Source: a virus
Taxonomy: Duplodnaviria > Heunggongvirae > Uroviricota > Caudoviricetes
IMG/VR virus record: IMGVR_UViG_2690316161_000007
Strand: one strand, 5' to 3'
Length of the DNA stretch: 23,485 nt
Every line of letters begins with the position of its first letter. Positions within the stretch are counted from its first letter, which is position 1. The notes beneath the pieces are model-generated. The model was not told the DNA's origin, ran no database searches, and saw only the letters and a program-made list of their open reading frames with translations. Of this stretch, positions 1 through 8,761 are shown piece by piece. Both the position numbers and the translations under genes were made by a program.

Positions 1-1721
1 CTGCGGTTAATGATTTCATGGATAGCGTCCACCATATTTGGTGTCCACTATTCTCTCAGGAATTTCAGGATCTGCCAGACGGTGCTGAGACGACGCTTAC
101 GGATTACCGTCGTGTGGCGCTGACGGATTATGACCGTTTCCCTGAAAACGTGGACGGGGAAGGGGATGCCTTCACCCTGGCATCAAAGCGTACCACCACC
201 TTTATGTCCTCGGGGATGACCCTGGTCGAGAGTTCGCCGGGGCGGGATATCACTGACACCAAATGGCGCTGTGGCGGCGCACATGAGGCACCGCCAACAA
301 CGGGGATCCTGTCACTGTATAACCGGGGAGACCGCCGCCGGTGGTACTGGCCGTGTCCGCACTGCGGGGAATATTTTCAGCCGGTGATGGATAACATGAC
401 CGGATACCGGAATAACCCGGATTTTGTGGCTGCCGGTCAGGCTGCCCGTCTGATGTGTCCGCATTGTCGCGGGCTGATTGCCCCTGAGCAGAAACGCGAA
501 CTGAATAACAAAGGGATCTGGCTTCGTGAAGGTGAACGGGCGGTGGCGGACGGCAGTATCACCGGAACGCCACGAAATTCCCGGATTGCGTCATTCTGGA
601 TGGAGGGGCCGGCTGCGGCGTTTCAGACCTGGGAACAACTGATTTTTAAACTGCTGGCGGCAGAAGAAGAGTATGAGCGAACCGGCAGTGAAGAGACCCT
701 GAAAGCGGTGGTGAACACCGATATCGGACGCCCCTATCTGCCCCGTTCAGCCACGGAACAGCGTAAAAGTGAACTGCTTGAACAGCGTGCCGAGCCGTTT
801 CCCCGGCGATCTGTGCCGGATGGTGTGCGTTTTATTGAGGCAACGGTTGACGTACAGGGCGGTAAAAATCGCCGTTTTGTTGTGCAGATCACCGGATACG
901 GAGAGCAGGGGGAACGCTGGATTGTTGATCGCTATAACATCCGGCATTCACTGCGCTGCAGTCCCAACGGTGAAAGTCTGCCGGTTGATCCGGCGGCATA
1001 TCCGGAGGACTGGGATTTGTTGCTGACGGATGTGTTCCATAAAACATGGCCGCTGGCTTCTGATCCGGATGTGCGCATGCGTCTGATGGCCATGGCGGTG
1101 GATACGGGAGGGGAAGCCGGGGTGACAGATAACGCCTATCGTTTCTGGCGTCGTTGCCGGAGTGACGGACTGGGCAACAGGGTGTTTCTGTTCAAGGGGG
1201 ATGGACTTCGCCGTGACAGGCTGATTAACCGTACCTTCCCGGATAATACCGGCAGAAGTGCCCGCCGTGCCAGAGCCAGTGGCGATGTCGCGCTGTGGCT
1301 GGTTCAGACGGATGCGTTTAAGGACCGTGTAAATAATGCCCTGTGGCGTGACACACCAGGGCCGAACTATATCCACTTTCCCGACTGGCTGGGGCGATGG
1401 TTTTACGATGAGCTGACCTATGAAGAGCGCGGCAGTGACGGAAAATGGCGAAAACCGGGCAGGGGAGCTAACGAGGCGTTTGACCTGCTGGTTTATGCGG
1501 ATGCGCTTGCCGTTCTGCATGGTTACGAAAAGATCCGCTGGCCCTCCGCACCGGACTGGGCACAGCGGGAAACGTGGCTCGTCTTCCCGCAGGAGCGTTC
1601 TGGTGAAACGGTATCCCCGGAACTGACGGCCGGGGCAGAAAAACGCCGTCGCCGGAAGAAAAAACTGCGGACGGAGCGTGCGGAAGATAATCCATGGATA
1701 ACATCAGGAGGCTGGTTGTGA
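1..1721 (+). CDS. Terminase large subunit, 5' end truncated by window edge
   Basis: Reading frame is open from the window edge to the stop at 1719-1721. Product carries two CPHC motifs (WPCPHCGEYF and LMCPHCRG), consistent with a Zn-ribbon as I recall for lambda gpA-type terminases. Position immediately upstream of W and portal. Confidence 0.85.
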   Translation, partial: AVNDFMDSVHHIWCPLFSQEFQDLPDGAETTLTDYRRVALTDYDRFPENVDGEGDAFTLASKRTTTFMSSGMTLVESSPGRDITDTKWRCGGAHEAPPTTGILSLYNRGDRRRWYWPCPHCGEYFQPVMDNMTGYRNNPDFVAAGQAARLMCPHCRGLIAPEQKRELNNKGIWLREGERAVADGSITGTPRNSRIASFWMEGPAAAFQTWEQLIFKLLAAEEEYERTGSEETLKAVVNTDIGRPYLPRSATEQRKSELLEQRAEPFPRRSVPDGVRFIEATVDVQGGKNRRFVVQITGYGEQGERWIVDRYNIRHSLRCSPNGESLPVDPAAYPEDWDLLLTDVFHKTWPLASDPDVRMRLMAMAVDTGGEAGVTDNAYRFWRRCRSDGLGNRVFLFKGDGLRRDRLINRTFPDNTGRSARRARASGDVALWLVQTDAFKDRVNNALWRDTPGPNYIHFPDWLGRWFYDELTYEERGSDGKWRKPGRGANEAFDLLVYADALAVLHGYEKIRWPSAPDWAQRETWLVFPQERSGETVSPELTAGAEKRRRRKKKLRTERAEDNPWITSGGWL

Positions 1722-1930
1722 GCACAGAAGAAGCCAGAGAAATGATACAGCGGTACCGTGAAGCGGAAATGGCCGTACTGGAGGGGAAGTCTGTCACCTT
1801 CAACGGACAGCAACTGACGCTGGAAAGCCTTTCTCAGATCCGCGCCGGACGTCAGGAGTGGGAACGCAGGCTTGCCGCGATGGTGAGCCGCAGGCGGGGA
1901 AAACCAGGATTTAAACTGGCGAGGTTTTAA
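1718..1930 (+). CDS. Head-tail joining protein, gpW-like
   Basis: About 70 aa product ending RRRGKPGFKLARF, resembling the C-terminus of lambda gpW as recalled. GTG at 1718 lies 7 nt after a strong AGGAGG (1705-1710); the in-frame ATG at 1694 is an alternative start. Stop overlaps portal start. Confidence 0.7.
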   Translation: MSTEEAREMIQRYREAEMAVLEGKSVTFNGQQLTLESLSQIRAGRQEWERRLAAMVSRRRGKPGFKLARF

Positions 1931-3432
1931 TGGCAATTATTGATGATGTGATAGGCGTGTTTTCCCCCGGCTGGAAAGCAGCCAGACTGCGTTCAAGGGC
2001 GTTAATCATGGCCTATGAGGCGGTGAAACCGACCCGGACACATAAAGCCCGGCGGGAAAATCGCTCTGCTGATCAGCTCAGTAAATACGGTGCGGTTTCC
2101 CTGCGGGAGCAGGCCCGTTTTCTGGATATCAATCATGACCTGGTGATTGGTGTGTTTGACAAGCTGGAAGAGCGGGTGATTGGTGCCAGGGGAATTATTG
2201 TGGAGCCTCAGCCATTACGAAAAAACGGGGAAATGGCGGCAGAGCTGGCTGCGGATATCCGCCGGTTGTGGGCTGAGTGGTCCGTGAGTCCGGATGTGAC
2301 AGGGCAGTATACCCGTCCCGTGCTTGAACGTTTACTGCTGCGGACCTGGCTGCGGGATGGTGAAGTGTTTGCGCAGATGGTCAGTGGTGCGGGAAACGGT
2401 CTGGAACGGACGGCGGGAGTGCCATTCTGGCTTGAGGCGATGGAGCCGGATTTTGTTCCCATGCGCACTGATGAATCCGCCGGACTGAATCAGGGGGTTT
2501 TTCTTGATGAGTGGGGAAGACCGAAAAAATATCTGGTTTATAAAAATTATCCGGTCAGCGGCCGGCAGAGTGATACGAAAGAAATCGCTGCCGGAAAAAT
2601 GATCCACCTGAAGTTCACTCGTCGTCTGCATCAGACGCGAGGCTCATCCATGTTATCGGGGGTGCTGATGCGGATCAGTGCCCTTAAGGAGTATGAGGAT
2701 GCGGAACTCACTGCGGCGCGTATTGCCGCGGCGCTGGGACTGTATATCCGTAAAGGTGACGGGCAGGACTATGAAGAGCCGGGGATCAAAGAAACCGACC
2801 GGGAAGTCCATATCACCCCGGGTATTATTTATGACGATTTGCGCAAGGGCGAGGATATCGGCATGGTCAAATCAGACCGTCCCAATCCCAACCTTGAAAC
2901 TTTCCGCAACGGCCAGTTGCGTGCAGTGGCAGCGGGCAGTCGTCTGAGTTTTTCCAGTGCGGCGCGTAACTATAACGGCACCTACAGTGCCCAGCGGCAG
3001 GAGCTGGTCGAGTCCACGGATGGTTACCTGATCCTGCAGGACTGTTTTATTGGCGCGGTAACCCGTCCGGTGTACCGGACATGGCTGAATATGGTGGTTG
3101 CGGCAGGTCTGCTGAAAATTCCGGCGGATGTGGAGATGAAAACGCTATATAACGCGACGTATTCCGGTCCGGTGATGCCGTGGATCGACCCGGTTAAGGA
3201 AGCTGAAGCCTGGAGAATTCAGATCCGGGGTGGTGTAGCGACAGAATCTGACTGGGTGCGTGCCGGCGGGCGCAATCCGGATGAGGTCAAACGTCGCCGC
3301 AAGGCTGAAATTGATGAAAACAGCAGACTGGGGCTGGTCTTTGATACTGACCCCGTCAACGACAAAGGAGGCAACAGTGCCGGAACTGAACAACAGCGTC
3401 AGCAGGCCACCGACAGCCAGCATGAAGAATAA
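1930..3432 (+). CDS. Portal protein
   Basis: 500 aa ORF directly after W (TAATG overlap) with GAGG-type RBS upstream. Size and position match a lambda-family portal; sequence diverges from lambda gpB as I recall it. Confidence 0.85.
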   Translation: MAIIDDVIGVFSPGWKAARLRSRALIMAYEAVKPTRTHKARRENRSADQLSKYGAVSLREQARFLDINHDLVIGVFDKLEERVIGARGIIVEPQPLRKNGEMAAELAADIRRLWAEWSVSPDVTGQYTRPVLERLLLRTWLRDGEVFAQMVSGAGNGLERTAGVPFWLEAMEPDFVPMRTDESAGLNQGVFLDEWGRPKKYLVYKNYPVSGRQSDTKEIAAGKMIHLKFTRRLHQTRGSSMLSGVLMRISALKEYEDAELTAARIAAALGLYIRKGDGQDYEEPGIKETDREVHITPGIIYDDLRKGEDIGMVKSDRPNPNLETFRNGQLRAVAAGSRLSFSSAARNYNGTYSAQRQELVESTDGYLILQDCFIGAVTRPVYRTWLNMVVAAGLLKIPADVEMKTLYNATYSGPVMPWIDPVKEAEAWRIQIRGGVATESDWVRAGGRNPDEVKRRRKAEIDENSRLGLVFDTDPVNDKGGNSAGTEQQRQQATDSQHEE

Positions 3433-5353
3433 ATCCTGGTTCAGGATGCAGGCGGGTGGTCAGGGTGAGGCGGATATTTATATTTATGACGAGATTGGTT
3501 TCTGGGGAGTTACCGCGAAGCAGTTTGTCAGCGATATGAATGCCCTGGGTGATATCACCCACATTAATCTCCACATCAACTCACCGGGTGGCGATGTCTT
3601 TGAAGGCATCGCCATTTTTAATGCCCTGAAAAATCACGGTGCGGCCATTACCGTGTATGTGGATGGCGTTGCCGCCTCGATGGCATCCCTGATTGCGATG
3701 GCCGGTGACACGGTCATTATGCCGGAAAATGCCTTCATGATGATCCATAAACCCTGGGGGATCAGCGGTGGTGATGCGGAGAAAATGCGCACTTATGCCG
3801 AACGTCTGGACAAACTTGAGTCGGTTATGGTGCCGGTATATGCGCAGAAAACCGGAAAAACTACCGATGAAATTGCCGCCATGCTGGCGGATGAGACCTG
3901 GATGTCCGGTGCCGAGTGTCTGGCACACGGATTTGCAGACCAGGTGACGCCAGCCGTTAAGGCAATGGCATGTATTCAGTCAAAACGTACAGAGGAATTT
4001 AAAAAGATGCCGGAATCCATCCGAAATATGATCACGCAGCCATACAACAGTGCCCCGCGTGATACCACAGTGACAATCCCTGCACCGGCGGTAACAGAAC
4101 CATCACCGGTACCGGCAGTGTCTGATGAGGCGACCATTCGCGCCCGCGTTATGGCAGAACAGAAAGCCCGCATGTCAGGCATTAACGATCTGTTTGCCAT
4201 GTTCGGCGGTCGCTATCAGACGCTTCAGGCACAGTGCGTGGCTGATCCTGACTGTTCGCTGGAAATGGCCCGTGAACGTCTGCTGAATGAAATGGGCAAG
4301 GAGTCCTCGCCGACCAACAAAAATACACCGGCTCATATTTATGCCGGAAACGGCAATTTTGTGGGGGACGGGATCCGCCAGGCGATGCTGGCCCGTGCCG
4401 GATTTGAAAATGTCGAGAAGGATAACGCCTATAACGGGATGACCCTGCGTGAATGGGCTCGCATGTCACTGACGGAGCGCGGTATTGGGGTGGCCAGTTA
4501 TAACCCCATGCAGATGGTCGGGCTGGCGCTGACGCACAGCACCTCTGATTTTGGCAATATTCTGCTGGATGTGTCGAACAAGGGGCTGATCCAGGGCTGG
4601 GAGGAATCAGAAGAAACCTTCCAGAAGTGGACCCGTAAGGGACGCCTGTCAGACTTCAAAACAGCGTATCGCGTGGGGATGGGCGGTTTTGGTTCTCTGC
4701 GCCAGGTTCGTGAGGGGGCGGAGTATAAATACATCACCACCTCAGATCGCAAGGAGACCATTGCACTGGCCACTTACGGGGAGATTTTCTCCATCACCCG
4801 CCAGGCCATTATCAATGATGATCTGAATATGCTGGTGGACGTGCCGATGAAGATGGGGCGTGCGGCGAAGGCAACGATTGGTGACCTGGTTTACAAGGTG
4901 CTGACGGATAACCCGAAACTGTCAGACGGTAAGGCGCTGTTCCATGCCGATCACAAAAATATTGCCACCGGTGGGATTTCCGTTTCCGGACTGGATGCGG
5001 CCCGTCAGATGATGCGCCTGCAGAAAGAAGGCGATCGCGCCCTGAATATCCGTCCGGCCTTTATGCTGGTACCGGTGGCACTGGAGACGGTGGCGAACCA
5101 GACCATCAAATCGGCCAGTGTGAAAGGGGCGGATGCAAACGCCGGTGTCATTAACCCCATCCAGAACTTTGCTGAGGTGATTGCAGAAGCGCGTCTTGAT
5201 GCGGCAGATCCGAAAACCTGGTATCTGGCGGCGGCACAGGGCACTGACACCATTGAAGTGGCCTGGCTGGATGGTGTGGACACGCCATACATTGATCAGC
5301 AGGAAGGTTTCACCACTGACGGCATTGCCACAAAAATCCGTATTGATGCCTGA
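3377..5353 (+). CDS. Fused prohead protease (ClpP-like) / major capsid protein
   Basis: N-terminal ~200 aa has a ClpP/S14-like serine protease signature (INSPGGDVFEGIAIFNAL, ASMASLIAMAGD). A Pro-rich linker follows, then a ~400 aa C-terminal region of major-capsid size. Start placed at GTG 3377, 5 nt after AAAGGAGG (3364-3371); alternatives are ATG 3422 or the upstream ORF-track start at 3260. Confidence 0.8.
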   Translation: MPELNNSVSRPPTASMKNKSWFRMQAGGQGEADIYIYDEIGFWGVTAKQFVSDMNALGDITHINLHINSPGGDVFEGIAIFNALKNHGAAITVYVDGVAASMASLIAMAGDTVIMPENAFMMIHKPWGISGGDAEKMRTYAERLDKLESVMVPVYAQKTGKTTDEIAAMLADETWMSGAECLAHGFADQVTPAVKAMACIQSKRTEEFKKMPESIRNMITQPYNSAPRDTTVTIPAPAVTEPSPVPAVSDEATIRARVMAEQKARMSGINDLFAMFGGRYQTLQAQCVADPDCSLEMARERLLNEMGKESSPTNKNTPAHIYAGNGNFVGDGIRQAMLARAGFENVEKDNAYNGMTLREWARMSLTERGIGVASYNPMQMVGLALTHSTSDFGNILLDVSNKGLIQGWEESEETFQKWTRKGRLSDFKTAYRVGMGGFGSLRQVREGAEYKYITTSDRKETIALATYGEIFSITRQAIINDDLNMLVDVPMKMGRAAKATIGDLVYKVLTDNPKLSDGKALFHADHKNIATGGISVSGLDAARQMMRLQKEGDRALNIRPAFMLVPVALETVANQTIKSASVKGADANAGVINPIQNFAEVIAEARLDAADPKTWYLAAAQGTDTIEVAWLDGVDTPYIDQQEGFTTDGIATKIRIDA

Positions 5354-5423
5354 GTGGCACCACTTGACTGGCGCGGGCTGGTGCGTTCGTCGGTGGCCTG
5401 ATAACCGAGTTATCACAATCACT

Positions 5424-5442
5424 GCCCGAAAGGGCTTTTTTT
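5424..5442 (+). terminator. Putative weak intrinsic terminator/attenuator after capsid gene
   Basis: GCCC-GAAA-GGGC hairpin followed by a 7-T run (5436-5442). A second GC-rich hairpin (CAGCCCC-ACA-GGGGCTG, 5455-5471) follows without a T-run. Confidence 0.35.
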
Positions 5443-5488
5443 ATGCCTGAAAAACAGCCCCACAGGGGCTGTCCGGAGAAACAGCATT

Positions 5489-5815
5489 ATGGCGAAAAAT
5501 TTTGTACAGGACGGTACCACCATTGAACTGGTGAATGCCGGAGATCAGACCATCCTGAGCGGTGCTGCGGTGGTGGTCGGCAGTATGGTGGCCGTGGCCA
5601 TTACAGATATTCCTGCCGGTGATGCCGGTGACGGTTTTGCCGAAGGCGTGTTCCTTCTGCCCAAACAGTCTGCTGACGACATTCAGTCCGGCGCGGTGGT
5701 TTATCTGAAGGACGGGGTTGTGCAGCTGGCTGCAGAGGGTGCGGTGGCCGCGGGGGTAGCCTGGGAAAATGCTCCTGCAAACAGCGCCACTGTGGCGGTA
5801 AAAATCAATGTCTGA
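5489..5815 (+). CDS. Small head-associated protein (FI/decoration position), function uncertain
   Basis: 108 aa Gly/Ala/Val-rich ORF directly downstream of the capsid gene, with GGAG RBS upstream of ATG 5489. Family assignment from memory only (resembles small proteins that follow capsid genes in related prophages). Confidence 0.6.
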   Translation: MAKNFVQDGTTIELVNAGDQTILSGAAVVVGSMVAVAITDIPAGDAGDGFAEGVFLLPKQSADDIQSGAVVYLKDGVVQLAAEGAVAAGVAWENAPANSATVAVKINV

Positions 5816-6089
5816 TCTGTTTACGCGAATGTGTTGCCGGATGGACGGGGCGACCGTTCGGGTGATGGGCAAACAGGCGGAGATTAACGGCGTCGTGTAT
5901 GACGTGATGCCGGAGGAAGAGTCCGCGGAGATGGGGGCGCTTTCGGGCAGCCAGTTGTCACTGGTGGTGTTTTCAGCCCGGTACCGTCCGGCCCGTCATG
6001 ATGTTGTTGTGTTTGCGGGGCGCACACTGACGGTGACCCGTTATGACACGTACAACGGTAAACCCCGGATTTTTGTCGAACAGGAATGA
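5808..6089 (+). CDS. Putative head completion / head-tail connector protein (FII position)
   Basis: 93 aa ORF whose ATG (5808) overlaps the preceding stop (ATGTCTGA) and whose own stop overlaps the Z start region. Position equivalent to lambda FII. Confidence 0.6.
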   Translation: MSDLFTRMCCRMDGATVRVMGKQAEINGVVYDVMPEEESAEMGALSGSQLSLVVFSARYRPARHDVVVFAGRTLTVTRYDTYNGKPRIFVEQE

Positions 6090-6091
6090 GT

Positions 6092-6715
6092 ATGGCAATA
6101 AAAGGTCTGGCGCAGGCCATGAAAAATCTGGATGCAATTGACCGCCGTGCCGTTCCCCGGGCTGCCGCCACGACACTTAACCGTGTGGCGGAGTCCATCA
6201 TCGCGAAAACGGCCTCTTCGGTTGCCAGGGAGCTGGCGGTTCCGCGCCGTCTCATCCGTGAGCGTATCCGCCTGCAACGGGCTAGCGCAGACAGGATTTA
6301 TGCGAAGGTCATCATCAACACCGGTAATCTGCCCGCCATAAAACTGGGGACGGCCAGCGTGCGGCTTTCCCGCAGAAAGCGACGAAAGAAAGGCGAGCGT
6401 TCGGTCAAGAAAGGGGGCGGCAGTGTGCTGATTGTGGGGAAAAGACGGATCCCGGACGCCTTTATCACCCGGCTGGCTAACGGACGCTGGCATGTGATGC
6501 AGCGTATGCCGTGGGCACCATCGTCCACCGGTGCTGACAGCAAAGGGAGGCCGAAACGCTACCGTCTGCCGATTGAAGTGGTGAAAATTCCGACTGCCGG
6601 ACCGCTGGCAGAAACTTTTGAACGTGAACGGGACCGGATGTACCGGGAAAAATTACCGGCGCAGATGATGAAAGCCATGACGCATCAGTTACGCCTGGTG
6701 CTGAAAAGAAAATGA
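6092..6715 (+). CDS. Z: Tail completion protein Z
   Basis: Product begins MAIKGLAQAMKNL and contains RRKRRKKGERSVKKGGGSVLIVGKRRIP and NGRWHVMQR, matching lambda gpZ as recalled. ATG 6092 has AGGA 6 nt upstream; an in-frame ATG at 6086 is an alternative. Confidence 0.88.
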   Translation: MAIKGLAQAMKNLDAIDRRAVPRAAATTLNRVAESIIAKTASSVARELAVPRRLIRERIRLQRASADRIYAKVIINTGNLPAIKLGTASVRLSRRKRRKKGERSVKKGGGSVLIVGKRRIPDAFITRLANGRWHVMQRMPWAPSSTGADSKGRPKRYRLPIEVVKIPTAGPLAETFERERDRMYREKLPAQMMKAMTHQLRLVLKRK

Positions 6716-6727
6716 CAGGGAGGGTGT

Positions 6728-7126
6728 ATGAAACACCGTGAAATACGGACGGCAGTTCTGTCTGCCCTGAAAGACAATATTTCTGAGCGGGTGAGCTGGT
6801 TTGACGGCCGCCCGGTTTTTATTGATGAACAGGAACTGCCTGCTGTTGCTGTTTACCTGACTGATGCGTCTGCTGCTGACGAGTTCGTTGATGAGGGGAC
6901 CTGGGAGGCGACACTGCATATTGAAGTTTTTCTCAGGGCAAAAGAACCGGACTCGGCACTGGATATGTGGATGGAAGAGAAAATCCTTCCTGCGCTGGAG
7001 GCGGTTCCCGGCCTCAGTGCGTTACTGCTGAAGATGAATCTTCAGGGGTATGACTACCGCCGGGATGATGAGTTTATGATGTGGGGATCGGCAGATCTCC
7101 TGTGGAAAATTACCTACGAGATGTGA
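6728..7126 (+). CDS. U: Minor tail protein U (tail terminator)
   Basis: 132 aa product ([14 protein letters not shown] ... LHIEVFL ... GYDYRRDD ... ITYEM) closely matches lambda gpU as recalled; GGGAGGG RBS upstream. Confidence 0.9.
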   Translation: MKHREIRTAVLSALKDNISERVSWFDGRPVFIDEQELPAVAVYLTDASAADEFVDEGTWEATLHIEVFLRAKEPDSALDMWMEEKILPALEAVPGLSALLLKMNLQGYDYRRDDEFMMWGSADLLWKITYEM

Positions 7127-7133
7127 GGACGAT

Positions 7134-7880
7134 ATGGCAATACCAAATCCTCTTGAGCCGGTGAAAGGTTCCGGCACCACACTATGGGTGTACACCGGCA
7201 AGGATGATGCTTATGCCAACCCGTTGTCAGATGATGACTGGCAGCGACTGGCTAAGGTGAAGGATCTGACGCCGGGCGAGATGACGGCAGAATCCTACGA
7301 TGATAACTACCTGGATGATGAAGACGCGGACTGGAGCGCGACCGGGCAGGGACAGAAATCTGCAGGTGATACCAGTTTTACACTGGCCTGGAAACCGGGA
7401 GAGGAAGGCCAGAAAGGGCTTATAGGCTGGTTTGAAAGCGGCGATGTCCGGGCCTATAAAATCCGTTTTCCGAATGGCACGGTGGATGTGTTTCGTGGCT
7501 GGGTCAGCAGTATCGGTAAGGCCGTGACGGCGAAAGAAGTGATCACCCGCACGGTGAAAGTCACTAACGTGGGTAAACCTTCTGTAGCGGAAGAACGCAG
7601 CAAAATTACGCCGGTCACTGCGATTAAGGTAACGCCGACAGGTACGGTTGAAAAAGGGAAAACAACCACCCTGACCGTTACTGTGGAACCGGAAAATGCA
7701 ACGGATAAGACATTCAGGGCGATTTCCGCCGATCCATCAAAAGCCACCATTAGCGTGAAAGATATGACGATTACTGTGACGGGGGTTAAGGATGGAAAAG
7801 TCAGCATCCCTGTGATTTCCGGTAATGGTCAGTTTGCTGCGGTGGCTGAAATTACCGTTAATAATGTGCCGGGTGGCTAA
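7134..7880 (+). CDS. V: Major tail protein V with C-terminal Ig-like domain
   Basis: 248 aa product ([12 protein letters not shown] ... [41 protein letters not shown]) is near-identical in long stretches to lambda gpV as recalled; C-terminal ~90 aa is Ig-like. Confidence 0.92.
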   Translation: MAIPNPLEPVKGSGTTLWVYTGKDDAYANPLSDDDWQRLAKVKDLTPGEMTAESYDDNYLDDEDADWSATGQGQKSAGDTSFTLAWKPGEEGQKGLIGWFESGDVRAYKIRFPNGTVDVFRGWVSSIGKAVTAKEVITRTVKVTNVGKPSVAEERSKITPVTAIKVTPTGTVEKGKTTTLTVTVEPENATDKTFRAISADPSKATISVKDMTITVTGVKDGKVSIPVISGNGQFAAVAEITVNNVPGG

Positions 7881-7898
7881 AGAGCTGAGAGATAAGCG

Positions 7899-8330
7899 AT
7901 GTTCCTGAAAACAGAACAATTTGAATATAACGGTGTATCCGTCACGCTTTCTGAGCTGTCTGCGCTGCAGCGTATTGAGCATCTTGCCCTCCTGAAACGG
8001 CGGGCAGAAGAGGCTGAAGCCAGCGGCAACCTGCAGGTGAGTGTGGAAGATCTTGTCAGAACCGGCGCGTTTCTGGTGGCGATGTCCCTGTGGCATAACC
8101 ATCCACAGAAAACGCAGTCACCGTCAATGAATGAGGCCGTGATGAAGATAGAGCAGGAAGTGCTCACCACCTGGCCTGCCGATGCCATTGCCCGGGCGGA
8201 AGACGTGGTGTTGTGCCTGTCCGGGATGATCGAAGCTGTTCGTCCGGATACTGATATTACTGAAGTGGCGAAAAATAACACGCTGACTGATGATGATTTT
8301 TCTGCGGGAAAGTCTTCGACGGTGAGCTGA
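7899..8330 (+). CDS. G: Tail assembly chaperone G
   Basis: 143 aa product (MFLKTEQFEYNGVSVTLSELSALQRIEHLAL ...) matches lambda gpG as recalled and ends just after a GGGAAAG slippery heptamer. Confidence 0.88.
   Translation: MFLKTEQFEYNGVSVTLSELSALQRIEHLALLKRRAEEAEASGNLQVSVEDLVRTGAFLVAMSLWHNHPQKTQSPSMNEAVMKIEQEVLTTWPADAIARAEDVVLCLSGMIEAVRPDTDITEVAKNNTLTDDDFSAGKSSTVS
8306..8312 (+). promoter_or_regulatory. Programmed -1 ribosomal frameshift slippery site (G GGA AAG) for G-T fusion
   Basis: Heptamer GGGAAAG sits in the G frame as G-GGA-AAG. The -1 frame is open from here into the T ORF (8357-8761, same frame as 8306), as in lambda G/GT. Confidence 0.8.
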
Positions 8331-8761
8331 ACTTTGCCCTCAGACTGGCGCGTGAGATGGGGAGACCCGACTGGCGCGCCATGCTTGCCGGGATGACATC
8401 CACCGAATATGCCGACTGGCACCGTTTTTACCGCACGCATTATTTTCAGGATACCCAGCTGGATATGCATTTTTCCGGGCTGACGTACGCTGTACTCAGC
8501 CTGTTTTTTTGCGATCCGGATATGCATCCCTCTGATTTCAGTCTGCTGGCACCCCGACGTGATGATGAGCAGACGGAGATGCCGGATGAGGACGATATGC
8601 TGATGCGGAAAGCGGCAGGTCTTTCTGGTGGTGTCCGCTTTGGGGCTGACGGGAAGGAAATCGTTATGGTCAGTGATGACATGCGGAGCAGTACAGAGGA
8701 TGAAGCCATGCTGATGATGGTGTCTGAGGGAATTCCAGGAGGTGTACGCTATGGCGGGTAA
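8306..8761 (+). CDS. T: T segment of the G-T tail assembly chaperone (made only as G-T fusion via -1 frameshift)
   Basis: -1 frame relative to G, open from the slippery site through 8761. Product (MGRPDWRAMLAGMTSTEYADW ...) is in the lambda T position. Confidence 0.8.
   Translation, partial: GKVFDGELNFALRLAREMGRPDWRAMLAGMTSTEYADWHRFYRTHYFQDTQLDMHFSGLTYAVLSLFFCDPDMHPSDFSLLAPRRDDEQTEMPDEDDMLMRKAAGLSGGVRFGADGKEIVMVSDDMRSSTEDEAMLMMVSEGIPGGVRYGG

Noticed and set aside
948-1520. 190 aa minus-strand ORF
   Set aside because: Antisense to the terminase large subunit gene; likely spurious.
3260-3376. Upstream extension of the protease/capsid ORF to the ORF-track start at 3260
   Set aside because: Would overlap the portal gene by more than 170 nt; a strong AAAGGAGG RBS precedes the GTG at 3377, so the shorter start is preferred. 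ATG 3422 remains possible.
7877-8527. 216 aa minus-strand ORF overlapping G and T (and its paralog 12132-12452)
   Set aside because: Antisense to G/T, which are well supported by homology and by the frameshift signal.
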